Of a stretch of DNA of 64,000 nt, positions 63,935-64,000 are shown one piece after another. Positions within the stretch are counted from its first letter, which is position 1, and every line of letters starts with the position of its first letter. The translations under genes and the position numbers were made by a program. The stretch is from a virus. Taxonomy: Duplodnaviria > Caudoviricetes. The notes beneath the pieces were generated by a model that searched no databases, had not been told where the DNA came from, and worked only from the letters and a program-made list of their open reading frames with translations. Where the stretch lies: positions 1-64,000 of the IMG/VR virus record IMGVR_UViG_3300026549_000038. One strand, 5' to 3'.

Positions 63935-64000
63935 TTATGCACTTTCTAACACAATTATTTGGTCTGAGCAGATACTTTCATAACTAGACCACTCATTAGG
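63935..64000 (-). CDS. Partial (3' end only) probable fourth array paralog
   Basis: ...ESICSDQIIVLESA* matches the family C-terminus. Confidence 0.55.
   Translation of the reverse strand, partial: PNEWSSYESICSDQIIVLESA

Noticed and set aside
1-64000. Stop-codon reassignment (as in Lak or some crAss-like phages)
   Set aside because: Core genes are full-length in the standard code and TAG ends genes at sensible positions; the one in-frame TGA near 60120 is in a remnant.
1-64000. tRNA or rRNA genes
   Set aside because: No cloverleaf or GTTCRA T-arm in intergenic space was found by eye.

Overview
A 64 kb slice of an AT-rich, T4-like (myovirus-type) large or jumbo dsDNA phage, read in the standard genetic code. 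The host is probably a Bacteroidota bacterium: the window carries a Bacteroides-type OmpA and a lipobox lipoprotein, and start codons lack Shine-Dalgarno sites. Contents in order: (i) a tandem family of proteins sharing a T4 capsid-targeting-like leader (MKDIKTYIDE/S); (ii) a tail fibre/receptor-binding cluster with a 2690-aa modular fibre; (iii) replication, recombination and host-takeover genes (RNase H/FEN, gp46, gp32, RimK-aspartyl protease fusion, ACP-domain protein, OmpA, FolE2, ribosomal S1-like protein, homing endonuclease); (iv) morphogenesis and lysis genes (tape measure-like, small terminase candidate, amidase, gp2, intein-containing large terminase, gp4, gp15, gp5-like); (v) UvsW and a hypervariable region with RtcB, a candidate structured ncRNA and a paralog array with conserved junction repeats. 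The best novelty candidates are the portable leader on two unrelated cargo families (possibly virion-injected effectors), the structured RNA beside rtcB, the RimK-protease/S1 translation-control set, and the surface module (OmpA plus a lipoprotein with glycosylation sequons). All homology calls come from motif recognition by eye, not database searches.
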